DNA of 64,000 nucleotides from Fimbriosthenelais zetlandica (lineage: Eukaryota). This document shows, in pieces, positions 51,601-64,000 of this stretch. The stretch lies in contig OZ365116.1 in NCBI GenBank assembly GCA_977030845.1, positions 16,678,001 to 16,742,000 on the forward strand. The letters run 5' to 3'. The notes beneath the pieces are model-generated. The model was given only the letters and a program-made list of their open reading frames with translations, searched no databases and was not told where the DNA came from. The position numbers and the translations under genes are program-made. Numbering within the stretch: the stretch's first letter is position 1; each line of letters opens with the position of its first letter.

Positions 51601-53592
51601 TGGACAGATATCTCTAATAAATCCTTATGTCTTGTAAATAATTGTACATCTGTCTGGGAAATTGCCTGGTATGGATCCTGCAACCTAATCTATGGATCCA
51701 CCCGGTATAGATTCTCTAGCAAAGGGAAACTATAACCTTACAAGACTTTCTTCAGAAAGCCTGTTTTTTGAGAGGTCCTCAGAACAGTATCATGCCCTTA
51801 AGACCACAGTGGATATATAGCTTATACATGGTTGCCTCACAGCTCTCTCTCCACTCTCCTCTATCTCTCATTACTAACACCACCACAGCTGCGCCTCCAA
51901 ATTTGGCAGCAGAATGCCGATGCAATTAGACCCAGAAAGCAAAGTCTTGCACCAACGTACAAAGGGGACCACGCGTAAATTACATCACTCGATCTTTCCC
52001 CGGTTCGCTTCCATTTATTTGTGATGGGAAACTCGATTCCGCTTGTAATGGCTGACTATAATTCGGCACCAGAAGTTTTCTATTTCCCACCCACTTGTGA
52101 ACTTGACCTTTTGCTTTTGACCTTCGTGATGTGGGAAAGTGAATTTTCGAGCTATTTATTGAAGTAATTGGAACTAGAAACAACTTAGTTTGTCTTTAAA
52201 CTTTCCTGGATTAAAACTCTTAACCTTATGGGGACATATCTGTGGCAGTAAGAGTTACATTAATAATATCAGATGAACTGATTTTCCTGTCATGATTTCA
52301 GTGGATCAGTGGCTTATGGCGCGCCTAATGTTAACATGTATGAAGGTAGAAGTAGAGGAAATACATGATAACAATTACCGTCAGTTCCTCCTAACATCCG
52401 CCGCTATTTGTCGTCCCGCCTCACAGGAAGGAATGACTCATTTTGATTTGTGAAGGGGCGTCGCTGGAGGACAACTTGTCAGACGTGTAGCATTGCGATG
52501 ACATGGCTGTGACTATTCCTGCTGGGACAGCAGTTGCTCCTCAATGAAATATGTATGAAAGACTTCCTAAGCTTTGTCCAACAACCAACAGTCCCCTAAC
52601 CCCCCTGTTTGTGTACAGTCCCTTGGCCCCAGGAGCTACCCCCAAAGCCACTACTTCCATGCAAAATCTCCTATGTTGCCCCTATGCGTCTGAATCCTAA
52701 GTTAAAGCCCCATGTTTTACCTCTTCATAAACCAACCTGCCCCGTCCCTGTTGTGTCGCATTTTGGTGTCAAGCGGAAGTGGGTGTATGTTGGAAGGATT
52801 GTTTGCGGAAATGGGCGGTGAGCATGTAGAGGGTATTAATGGTGGAGATTGACCACTTCTGTCTCCCCTCATCTCCTCCCCTCATCCATTCACTCTCCTT
52901 TCCAAATGCCACATTTCTCATGCCGTCAAATTTGGCCATACTTTCCCAAAATGTTTTGACATGGTCTGTTTTTCTATAATCTCGTAAATCCAATGATAAA
53001 TCAGTCTTCGCCTGACTGAGTCACTGGCCAGCGTAGGCCTGGTTTTCTATAGATTAATTTATGACCATAATTCTTCTATAGACAGAGCTTTAGTCACCAG
53101 GAACCGTTGGAAGTGTAAACCTGGGAAGCCATTTGGTAGGACCTTTGCTCTCTTTTCATTGTGTATCTCTTATGTCTTCATGCATCACTCTGTCTCTGTC
53201 CTCCTGTCCTCGTCCCTGTCCCCTGCTACTGATGCTCCATCTCATTCCATCACTGTACAGGAGGAGTCGGGGCTGAGGCTGGGTGATCGCATCTTTACTA
53301 TTGTCACTTATAATGGCCACTGTGTTGAGAAAGATGGCAATGAGAACAACTGTGAAGGTTTACTGCAGATCTTCCAAGATCTGCTCATTCTACTCTTCCT
53401 CTAGTCCCTATACCCTTCCTTCTACTACTCTTCATATTTGCCTTAATTCTTCTCTTCCTTCCCCATCCCCAATCTCTATACAATATCCCACGAGAAGCCA
53501 ATGAATCCAATAGAAAGTCCAACTGGGCCAGTGCTGTATGCCGTCACAATGCGGTAGAGCAACAGTTGTGGGAGGAGGTGATGGTTGAGTGG

Positions 53593-53621
53593 GGCGTCCC
53601 GGCTGGCGTCCCGGCTGGCGT
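53593..53621. repeat. Short GC-rich tandem duplication, 12-bp unit GGCGTCCCGGCT x2.4
   Basis: Read directly. Confidence 0.8.
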
Positions 53622-54651
53622 ATTATATCCATACCTGAAGCCTTCTATGTCAGGTGGTGATTTATCACTCTATACAATATATGACAGGTCAGGATGGATG
53701 GCACATGTAGGCCCTGTCAAGGTGAGGGGCGTGCAATGTGGGGGGTGATGTCGGGGGTAGCAGTGGACGCTTCATGTGGGGTGGATTGCATTTAAACACG
53801 TCTAGTGAAGGTATAGTAGAAGGCCCTATGGGTTGAGTTTGGATTTTTTGAGGGGTGTAGCAAGGTTAAGCAGAGCATTATAGATTCAGCACTTCAATAT
53901 TATAATATTGATTTATCGGCCTTATATGATATCTAGGGTCCCGGTTGTTGCTCATTTTTGCGGCTATCCCCTGGCAGGAGCCTGGTGTTCTCAGGGAAGG
54001 ATCTATCAAATTTCCCACTCCAGCCTGATACCTATTCTCCTCAGAGACGGGGGTTCCACAGTCACCCCAGATCAATGTTTGTATCGGAATCAGTGGGGGA
54101 TCAGGAGCCCTGGCCATCTGGTGGCCACATTGCCATTGATTGTTAGTTATTTATCTGAAGGAGCTGTCCCTCTCCACCCCATTTCTACCCCTCCACCCCA
54201 TCCCAACCCACACATCCCCTATTCGTTATGCAGGGCGCAGTTTTCTGGCCCGTCCCTGACTTTGAATCTGTCTCAAGGGCAGTCTGACCTCTACAATGGC
54301 TTCACACCTATATCCAGCCACATCGGAGAGGGAATCAGTAGAACACCAGCCTCCTAACTAAGGGCTGCAGGATAATTTCTGTTATTCCCGTTTGACCTTG
54401 GGATGTCATTGCGATATCACGATCGTATCATGTGATTTGTCGGTGTCATGGCTGACCACTTTGTCACTTGACACCATATCGTTTTGCTGTTCCCCTCGCG
54501 CCCAAATCGATTCTAGCGTTTTGATGAACATGCAATAACATGCTCAAAATATTCCCTTTGGTGCATGTCCGCTCATAGACATGTATAGCCTAGATCTTCT
54601 CCCATGATCGTTCCTGCTGTTTTCAATTACCATTGACAATTACCTGCAAAG

Positions 54652-54717
54652 TACTGGGTTCAAACCCACAACCTTTGAGTCGCAATCATGTGTTTTCACC
54701 CACTGAGCAGAGTCACC
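54652..54717 (-). mobile_element. tRNA-derived SINE-like head on the minus strand
   Basis: Reverse complement reads GGTGACTCTGCTCAGTGGGTGAAAACAC...GGTTGTGGGTTTGAACCCAG, with an A-box-like GCTCAGTGG and a T-arm TGGG-TTTGAA-CCCA. Confidence 0.5.
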
Positions 54718-56133
54718 CTCCCTGAGGGATTATAAAGGGTTTATCTTTGGCGGGACTGCATTATTTGATGTGGATTGGATCTGCTGGTATGGATCAGAGG
54801 TTAGGAGTTTGCCGGGCACAGATCTGGGTTATCAAAGCCCTGATATGAGCATTGAAGGGTAATAACTAGGCCGCGCTGAGCTGAGGACGGCCATCATGGC
54901 TCCTCATGACTATTTTAATCTGTGATTGGACTCCTGTTTATAGCAACCAAGTCCTTGTGTGGATTTTAAATGAGGACAAAATACCTTCTGTCTTGAAAAG
55001 CTTATCCCACATGTGCATGGTTACCCTTATATCGCTTATTTTCAATCAGATTTCCATTAGATAGATCCGTTGAATCGCCTAAATCTTGGTTTGAATTTAT
55101 AAAAACGCCCTGGACCAAACAAAGGAACTGCCTTTTAGCAGTGTCCAAGTCTGACTTCACTAAATTATCTTTGGTGGGAACTGTTGAAGTCAGAGTATAA
55201 CCCATCAGATCCGAAAAGATTAACAAACTATAATCTACTAGCGGGTAGTTAGGGTGCATCTGGTGCTAGTAGGACTTCACAGCACTTGTAACTGTAGCAC
55301 AAGGTCCTATTAGACATGAGGGCATAGTACAAACATCTGCCATGAGATGGAGGTAGTGTGCTTGCTGGGGTATGCCCCATTCATGGGAAAGAGGAAAAGA
55401 GAAGTGAAGCCTCATCTGTTTTCTCTACATTGGCTGGAGACAGAGAGACAGGAAGGGCTGAAACCAGTCTGTACCGGTTCTATAACGCACCCAGGAATCA
55501 TAATAGTGTCTAGTGAGAAGGCTAGAGTAGGTCCTGGGTCTGGGAGAACAGCCCGCGGCAATATACACCCGGCGAGTGGATTGCCAATCTGTCGTAGATG
55601 AGGAAAAGCTGGGTCTCCATGCACATTTGTCGTCAAGAGAAGCTCATGCCGGCAGAGAGAGGCGCTCGGAGAATGAGGACTGAATGGTAGGGACATCTCC
55701 AGGACAGCAGAGGCTCTGTCACCAACAGCACTATTTCCCCTTATACTTCACTGAAAGGTCCTTGACAAGCCGGAGCAGCCTTCCCCCATCCACTCACTCT
55801 AATCCATCTAGCTTTATATTTGAACTGCTCTCATATCATGGTTGTGATTGAAGTATAATAAGGCTGTTTGTAGCGATGACCGGCCCCTGATTGTATTGTG
55901 GGGGTACACAGGGACATTAAACATACCAAACCATTGCTGCTCTGTCTCTCTCTCCCACACACACATTGCCTGTATGCATAAGATTAGGCGTCTGGCTGAT
56001 GCCCTGTGCAGCAGACAGGGCCATCTCGGGGCCCGCCTCTCATGTGCCGCCGTTATGGACTTGTACCATAATGTGTGTATGTTGAGGGTGTGTGTGAGGG
56101 AGCATACATGTGTCAACTAATTTGTGAGTAGGA

Positions 56134-56234
56134 TATAAAGGGGTCCCTCTCCCACGCTGTGACAAGCCCATTTTGAAACAGTCAAATGGGCAGGGTGCAA
56201 CTCTAAGACTGGAGAAGCAGCTCTCTTTTCAGTT
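56134..56234 (+). promoter_or_regulatory. Candidate core promoter (TATAAAG and TCAGTT initiator-like motifs)
   Basis: TATAAAG at 56134-56140 and TCAGTT at 56229-56234, upstream of a CCT-rich leader and a clean donor/acceptor pair. The two motifs are not at canonical spacing, so they imply alternative TSSs (about 56165 or 56231). Confidence 0.35.
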
Positions 56235-57983
56235 TGCCTGGCTGAACCAGCTGCTGCATTGGCAGGCAAGAAGAGGGAATAGTATATAGACTCGGGGCTC
56301 TGTCACGGGCTCCCTCCTCCTCCTCCTGCCCCTCCTCCTCCTCCTCCTGCTCTTGTTCCTGCTCCTGCTCCTCCTCCTCCAGCAGGCCTCCAGCGAGCCA
56401 TCACAGCCATCACTAGGAGCTGGGCAGCAGTCCCACACACCACGTCTCGTCGTTGTCCTCCTCTGCCTCCCGTTGTACTTCTTCACACATAGCAAAGCAC
56501 ATCACCCTCTACTGCTGCACCACCTCACCACCATCAGCGTTTTGTGAACCTTTCTGTGTCCCTTCATTTTTGTGATATATTTATTAGTGTAACCAGCTTC
56601 TTCTTCCTCCTCTGAGCCTGCCTGGAGAGTCTCCTGTCTGCCTTACAACAAATTTCCCTCCATTTGATTGTCAAAGATCTCCACCTTCTGTTCTCCCACC
56701 TCCAGGACTTACATCCTCATCGTTATCTTCCAAAATCCTCATATCTTTCCATATCTTGCCAAACGGGACAAAGTTTACGGAGAGATTACATCAGATGCTT
56801 TGCTATCACGACTATTCCTGTATAGAAGCCTGGTGTATAAGAAGCTGTGAGGATTGGTGGGTAAGTTAGGAAGTGGGTGGACTTGTCTAATCTAGCTGGA
56901 CTATATCTGCAGTCATTATCTCGACTCTGGACAGTCTAGGAGCAGCCAGGCTTGCAGTCATATCACTAGGGAATTATTTCTCTCTACCTAGCTGTACAGA
57001 CCACTTTTCTCCCCTCTCTCTCCCATACCATTCATCTCCAAGTCTTCCATCAGGGCATTAACCTGCTCCTCCTGCTTCTCCGGCATCTCTTCTTCCTCAT
57101 CCGCAGGAAGGCTGTTTTATATGAGGGAGCGTCGCATACTCTTGCCATCGTTATTGGTGCAGCTCGGTCCCGGACCTTCCTTCATCACTACACAGGAGTA
57201 CAAGCAGTGTGTCCATCCCTCCTACACTCACTTCACTCCCCATACATAGCCATACATCCACCCTGAGCTCTCACAAACACCAGCGAGCTGGAGAAGGCAC
57301 TTCATACCATACCAGACACAAAGCAACACTTGTGGATTCTTGCACATAAAGTACAAGAAGATTAAGAGAGACCTATATGGTACATATATATACCATGCTG
57401 TGAGCTCCATCTATCCTGAACAATTCAACGAACATTATGAGTGTATGATAAGATCGCTGGTTGAATACTCTGTTAACAGACCGTCCATTTTAACTGTGGT
57501 GACTGATGAATGAATATCGCCTTGGAACATTTAACTCAGAAGTCATCCTGTCTTGCTGATTTTCTGGTCATCTTCTCCATGTATCTGCTGTAAAGCTGAG
57601 ATTGTACCGTATTCTGGGAAGACGAGGATACTTACGCAAAACCAGATCTGCTTGAAGTTCCTACTAGAACTCCTCTACAACATCTACTACTGCAACTTCC
57701 CCTAATACAACTACTGCTGAAGATCTCCCCGAGTCGCCTTCTACTGTTTAAACTAACTTCTGCTGGATCCGTCTTTTTGTAAATGATACAAAAAAAATAC
57801 ATTTTACCATCATCGCAAACACCCGCACAACAATTATATAAGATTGGTCCACTCTACTTTACAAAACCAGGATCCCACACATATTTATAATTCTCCACAT
57901 CTAGCATCCAGTTAAATTTACCCCACAACGACTTTTAAGCTTTTTATCTTTCTATCTAAAGAAAACAAAATACTCAAGACAAA
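56231..57983 (+). other. Putative long 5' UTR: non-coding exon (about 56231-56860), 246-nt intron (56861-57106), leader part of exon 57107-58077
   Basis: Donor TGG|GTAAGT at 56861; TTAAC plus a 45-nt pyrimidine tract ending ccgcAG at 57105-57106; no long ORF until ATG 57984. Confidence 0.4.
56310..56380. repeat. Imperfect (CCT)n/(CTG) trinucleotide tract
   Basis: Read directly. It accounts for the poly-Leu and poly-Arg ORFs at 56353-56547 and 56229-56495. Confidence 0.85.
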
Positions 57984-58077
57984 ATGGCTTGTCTATACAT
58001 CCTTCCACTGCTTACATACTTGGTCTATTTGGCCACCACAACCACATTCGCCCAATTCGCCGAGGTGGAATCATCAG
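57984..58077 (+). CDS. Candidate first coding exon encoding a signal peptide (MACLYILPLLTYLVYLATTTTFAQFAEVESS), phase-1 donor
   Basis: Start context caaaATGG with an in-frame upstream TAA at 57957-57959. Hydrophobic core LYILPLLTYLVYLA, plausible cleavage at T-F-A|Q, and a perfect donor CAG|GTAAGT at 58078. At 31 codons it is below the ORF-track threshold. Confidence 0.62.
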
Positions 58078-58328
58078 GTAAGTGAAGCCATGCATGACCC
58101 GAACACACTCGACATACCAACTTTATTCTCCCCACCCTCCTGCTTACATCTAAACTTATAACTTGATCTTTTTTCCTCTGAAATTGTCCTCTGTTTGAGA
58201 ATTATTTCTGCAGGTCGCTGGAGGATAAATGGTAAAACCCTGATATCCCAAGGATGGGAAGGGGAAGGGGAAACGTGACTTCCGTAGTCGGTGGGAGTAA
58301 CAAGTATGGCCTATTGGTCTGGAGGACC

Positions 58329-58512
58329 CCGCCTCCACTAAACAGATTGTCCATCAGATGCCAAACATATTTTCCCTTCCAATAAGACCTAATCATATAA
58401 ATTTTGCCCGCGGGGGCCTTCAGTTCGGTGTGACCCGCGGATAAAATGACGTACAGACTAGGTGCATATGGGAGAAATCTGCGGGACATCTGATGGAAAT
58501 CCACTTAGTGGG
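58329..58512. mobile_element. MITE-like family B, copy 2 (nearly fully palindromic)
   Basis: Left cgcctccactaaacagattgtccatcagatg, right catctgatggaaatccacttagtgg, and an inner IR aaattttgcccgcgg / ccgcggataaaat. Confidence 0.7.
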
Positions 58513-59521
58513 TTTGTGCCCAATGGAGGTCAAAGAGGCATATAGATAATTCGAGGGGATATTAGTGCAAATTGTAGTGGGTGTGCTACAATAGGCAGGC
58601 TGGGAATAGACCAGCATGTGTCTATGTGCCAGTAATGAGTGGTTAGGATGGGACGATTATAACTTTGCCCCAATCTAGGTCTGGCTCTGTTGCCGGAAGG
58701 AAGCCAGGGGCACTGGGAAATGAGCGATATCAACATAACTGTGTTATGAATCTATTCACGTGGCAATTGTTGAAGGAACTGTCCGTATATGCATCAATTC
58801 AACTGGCCACGTTTTGAAATTCCATGTGATGTTGACCGTTTATATTGTAACCGGCTTCTTACTGCTTTTGCTCCAGTTTTGAATTTCAGTGAATTCAGCA
58901 TAATTGTGCGGAATATCGTGAATCCAAAATCCATTCTGCACATTATCCGGCTTGGCCTATCTATTATTCGTGCTAATCGCAATATTTCAATTTTTGTCTC
59001 TTAGCTGGCATGTGGAATAACTAATTTTCATATTCTTTCTGCATTCTTTTACATTAATGTTCTTATGACTTGGTTCCAGGCGTTTTGTCATGGCAGCAAT
59101 ATTTGAATGGATTTTTTAAAAATATATCTATATCCTTTACTTTCTATAATTACAACTTCATTGCGATGTGTGTACAAAACTTGAAACCTCATTTAGGACA
59201 TTGACATATTTTTCACAAAGGAGTTGCTGTATCTCAGCGATTTCCATGACCTGCGATCATTGCTCCTGACCCTCACATACCATTAACTCTCAATGGTTTA
59301 AGCCTGAAAACAACATCAATTTTTAAAGGATAAAATACATTGAAGTGTAGGTTTTTGAGTGAAACGGTTCTCTGTTCGGATGTCTTTGAGCGATTTGTAT
59401 GGGGCCGGCTTATCCTGGGATAAAGTGCTGTCTGGGCCTGGTAACTTGGGGGATTAGGCTACAGAGCTGATCATTCCATCCATTATTGTTTTGGAGGAGA
59501 CTGGTAATATAAGGTCCAGAT

Positions 59522-59700
59522 CCACTGATATAGTTTCCAAATAGCGACCAGATGTTTCTCTCATAGTAAAACCAAGATTGACATTTTCCCCATGAGTGCC
59601 TTAACGAGAGAGTAGTCCATGTTAAGATGTAAACCATGACATAAAGAGAAGGCAAGTATCTGATTGTCATCTGATGGAAATCTGCTTAGTTGAGGCGAGC
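59522..59700. mobile_element. MITE-like family B, copy 3
   Basis: Right arm tgattgtcatctgatggaaatctgcttagttgaggcgagc (59661-59700). The left arm is degenerate, so that boundary is approximate. Confidence 0.55.
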
Positions 59701-61994
59701 CCCTAAAAAAAGCCAGCAATCATTGTCCCAGCTCTATCTGATAGCTCAATACTTCATCCCTTAGACTTGCCTTATCTTAATCCTGAGCAGCTCTCAGCTA
59801 TAAAGCCATGAGCTGCTCCTCTGCGGCCAGAACTGTTCATCTGATAGACAGAGGCTTCTCAGAAGTCCTGCTTGCTTGTTGGCAATGCTGCTGGCGTCTG
59901 ATAACATATCACTTAAAAACGGCCCGTTTTCACGGATGGCTGATATGTTAGTGCTTGTGTGTCTGACCTGAATATGAAGCCAATATCTGGCCTAACTGAC
60001 CTATCTCTTGTTGGCCGCATTTTTGACCTAACCACACAACATGTTATTTGTTGATGTTTTTCGCTAGTGGTACTTGAAAGGGACATTCCATGAATCCGGT
60101 TTCCGGGACCACAGCCCACCGTTGCGCCCAAAACAGCATAATGGGGAATTGTTCCAACCACAGGAATGTAAGGCCAGGCACTGTTTATTGGGGACTTTGA
60201 AAGCCCATCTGACGGCCTTGATCCATAGAAAAGATCTGGGTAACTATTGGTCGATGGGTTAAGAGGACGTCTTCTGATTTAGTGAAATTATTGAGAAAAC
60301 TGTAGAAATATGAAAATTTAGAAACTTCGAATGTGGCAAATCCCAATTCGGGAAAATGGTCCATGTAGACTATAGTACACACCAGGCGTCCGTTTATATT
60401 CATGCCTTTACCTCATAAATTCACCATTGGCACATGCCGAGCATCTTTTTCATGGGACTGTCCCTGAGCCAATCAATGTGATGCCATTTGCTCCTATACA
60501 GTAGTAAAAGATTGATGGGCAAATGAAATGGAAATGGCTGTCACTCAAAACATGCACTTAACTTATCTTTACTCTCTAGAGACGAGAGACACGAGGGCAA
60601 TAGTCTATGTATGCATAATTCCCACCCCGTCCTCCAGGCTTTATGACCTACTTTTTTTTGTTCATTTCAATTCTTAATAGAAACTTCACTTAAACATGAA
60701 ATACTCTCAAGCCATGTCTGTTACATATAAGATTCTTTGATAAGAGTAGAGTAAGGTAGGTTTAGATCTAGGTTCCTGAGCTATTTCTCTTCTGCTGCCA
60801 TAGTCTGTAGAAGGCTCTAATATAAGGCCAAATAAATTCTGACTTGAGGACCTTTGACCTGTTTGACCTTTAACTCATGTAAGGCCGGTATAGCCTATGT
60901 GGGTATAATAATAGCTTGTGAATGGAGGGGGTGTTTCATAAATGATGTATGGTGTTGTAGGGTGATTTAGCTCATAGTACGAGTATTAGCTTCTATGTTG
61001 CTCTCACTTTTTATGACATGGCCCCCAGAGCCCAAGCCTCGCCTGTAATGTAACATGTAATTTGGGCTTGAAGTTCATGTAGCTGAAAGGGGTCAATGCC
61101 TTTTTAGCCGGATAGATGATGGTCTGGTTTTCCAATGGACTCATTTGCCTTACCCACTGACTATAGCTAGACTGGGTCCACAGAGCAGATATCACTCAGA
61201 TAGCTGTGAGTTTTCTCTAAACACTGATTTCAACATCTTGATTCAAGTAAGGACTATACATATATTTGTCAGCAAACAGCCGTAATAATTGACGACTGAT
61301 GGGCAGTCTATCTAATGTATCCGGGCCTTAAAGTCTCAGATGCTGCCAGTTGACACCAAAGAGATTCCAGGCTTTGTGGTGAGTGGGACAGCTTTGCTCT
61401 CAGTCCACTCTGTCCTGTCCTGATAGTGGGTTGTTGGGCAGTTGGGGGTCGAGGGAGTTACACAGGGAAGCCAGCCTTTCTTCTTGGGGACGTGGGTCAT
61501 GGGGGAGAGATTTGCTATGGCTAGACCCTCCCTATCACAGAGGGACTTCCCTATAGAAAGGAACTTTATTTTCCCCTCTACACCCTCTAACTAGGCTCTA
61601 TTTTATTCTGAAGAAAGATAAAATATTTATGGCCAATAAAATGATAAGACACTGCTGCCTTGACCATGGCCTGGCTTCTGTGCCCCGAGGTTCTCCAATT
61701 GCCAATCTCCTACCAACTCTCTCAAGATGGGTCCTGGACAAAAAATCGGTTCCACTCCTCGGAAGAAAACAATATTACCAATATCGGCGACATGAGCATG
61801 ATTGATGGGCGGTATTCATAACTGGTCCGGCGTCTGATACGTGGCCGTCAACCAGCCCTAGCATTACTCCACACAGATCAATGCCCCACCAATAAAAAGC
61901 CACTTTCTACACCACCGGAAACCATCACCTCTTATCCCAAGATGCCATAGGCTGGAGAGATTTCTGTCAATCAGGTCATGGGGTGGCTGGGAGG

Positions 61995-62014
61995 GACAGA
62001 CAGACAGACAGGCA
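61995..62014. repeat. (GACA)4 microsatellite
   Basis: Read directly. Confidence 0.8.
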
Positions 62015-64000
62015 GGGAGGTGGTTGTCTTCAAACAGACAGAGACAGTAAAATAGACAGTCATTCCAAAGGCTGCACTCTAGCAATGTATGAGGGGCAGG
62101 CTAGCTGGCTTATAGCTGACACCCGCTTACATTCTGTCAATATACATGGCCTGGCTGGTAATCACCTCTAAACCATTAAGGGGCTATCTTTGCAAAATTA
62201 ACCTCAGAATGACACAAACTATTGCCCCCAAACGGCACACTGACCCTATCTCCATACAGCTATTTGCCCTTGTAAAGACAGAAGGTCAGTGACATAGCAT
62301 CATTGTCTGTGGGTCAGGCCGGGTCGTTGCCATGGTAGCATGCATCTTAAGGCGGATGTAATTCACTTTGAGTGAGTCGTATACAATACGGATCTGGCTC
62401 ATCCGTGTAAAATATTCATGTATGCAGGTCGGCTTGAGCTGAACAGGCCAGGAAGAGGACTTGATGCATTCATGAGCACTTTTTTTATATAGCTCTTGCT
62501 ATTATGCAACCTGCGCCTTCTTCATGTATGCACGGAATACGTTCAATTCATTGTGGTTTGTGTTTTTGTGGTGAGGAACTCAATTGGTTTGAGCACCAGA
62601 TCCTTCAATGGCTCGGGAGCAGTAGATGGGCTGTTCCAGGCAGAGGTCTTTTTCACTGCCCACTAAGGAAGCCATGTTCAATCAAATTTCCAACCATATT
62701 TCTGTATATGAAAATTTGATGCAATATATATTTGCTCATATGCCTCAGGGGACTTTTAGTTTGTCATAATTCTACCAGCATGTATAAAACTTTAATGACA
62801 ATTTGCTACTTAAATATGGCAGGTAGGACAGGGATATATGGCGGGAGCCAGGGGTGAGTCATCATTTTAATGTGGGACATAAAGACTGCTGGTAAGGCAG
62901 AGTAGCCATATCCCAGGTCATAAAAACATCGATTCAACATATGTGACCCCCATCACCCCCTCCAAATCCCGATAAAGCCTTCCCTTGTTATGCTAAATTC
63001 TGCACTGGCCTAGATTGAATTTAGCGGCTGCATTACTTGGGCATGAATTCATCCAGAGTGCATTTTTTGAGAGATGTTCTCAATTTGTCAATTTTATTCA
63101 TATTGAGAAGGAGGAAAGAAATCATGTCCATATGTTCCCCAGAAAAGGTGAGTAGAAACTTGAGTACCTGGGTTTTCATCAGTTTTCATCTCATATTCTG
63201 GAAATTATTGCATCGGAAACGGTGATTAATGTTCCAATAAAAATTAGCTCCTGCCGTGGGAAAGCATTGATTAAAGGCTTGTTCTCCCTGAGGAATCAGT
63301 CAGACCTGACCTTATGTTTTACTGCTCCATGCTTGTTGAAAGAGCCTTACGTGAAATGGCACTAAGCAGAGAAAACATTTTATTCCCTTCAAAAAATCAC
63401 TGATTCCATTTCACATATCCTTATGCCATTTCTTCTTATCTTTATGCTGCCACCAGAGCTCCTCTTTGCCCACTCATCTGCCCTTTCCTTCATCTGAATT
63501 TCCCCTCTGCCTCCCCTGCCTTTCCATTTCTTTCTTGCCCTATCCCCTTCTATACCTCCATCTCTCTTTTTCTCCCTCTCCCCTGAGTAAACTAGGTTAA
63601 TGCATTGTGTATTCGCAGAATGTAATATCAGGACCCCATCTAATGCTTATGTTTCTACCGCCTGACCGCCCTGAGAAAGTCAATCCACCAGAGCCTATAG
63701 GCCGCCCAGAGAACCTTCTCAGGTTATTTTCTTGGGAGAAATCCCTATTTCTCGGGTTACCCCGTCACTTGTTTGTGTTCCTGCATCAATAACACTAAGG
63801 TTGCCCTGCCATCGATCTTCGCAGATATCGCCTCTGACATATTGCACTTTGGGATTTCCTTACATCGGTGTGAGAATGGACATTGGTGCGGTGGACTTAA
63901 TCTTATAATGGTAGACCAAATCATATATTGGTAAGGTGGGCTCAATCCAGCACATAAGATAATTGCAAGTGGTCATGTCATCACAGTAAAAGTAATAGGC

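Noticed and set aside
56229-56547. Poly-Arg and poly-Leu ORFs; the latter looks like a signal peptide
   Set aside because: Both are translations of the CCT microsatellite, and neither has an ATG start.
57310-57512. Open frame with YECMIRSLVEYS, reminiscent of CR1/L2 C-terminal motifs
   Set aside because: A single short motif with no flanking RT similarity.
63617-63664. Acceptor tgtgtattcgcAG followed by a phase-1 frame ECNIRTPS.. resembling a CUB start
   Set aside because: The frame stops after 15 codons with no donor and lacks the G-x-x-x-S-P-x-Y-P motif.
1-64000. CRISPR arrays, rRNA, intact tRNA, conserved miRNAs, intact transposase/RT ORFs
   Set aside because: None seen. Repeats are dispersed or tandem without regular spacers, and no full match to conserved bilaterian mature miRNAs was noticed on manual reading.

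Overview
Animal (invertebrate-type, AT-rich) genomic DNA that is almost entirely intronic or intergenic. The clearest gene is a + strand multi-CUB-domain extracellular protein of the SOL-1-like / tolloid-like type. Three exons with mutually consistent splice phases (1294-1502, 27866-28082, 29168-29418) encode the second half of one CUB domain, a complete second CUB domain and a Pro/Ser-rich linker. The gene starts upstream of the window and no further CUB exon was found in it. Two less obvious elements stand out. One is a 6-nt frame-preserving candidate microexon (904-909) with branch-point and TGC signatures, just before a conserved CUB cysteine. The other is a candidate 5' gene end at about 56.1-58.1 kb: TATA/Inr, a non-coding exon, a 246-nt intron, and a long leader ending in a signal-peptide-coding segment with a phase-1 donor. 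It could be an internal promoter of the CUB gene or the start of the next gene. The rest holds several small inverted-repeat (MITE-like) families, tRNA-derived SINE-like heads, short tandem repeats and purine/pyrimidine tracts. Apart from the four ORFs overlapping the CUB exons, the supplied ORFs look non-coding. No CRISPR, rRNA, intact tRNA or intact transposase/RT was seen. Family assignments are by eye and have not been checked by database search.
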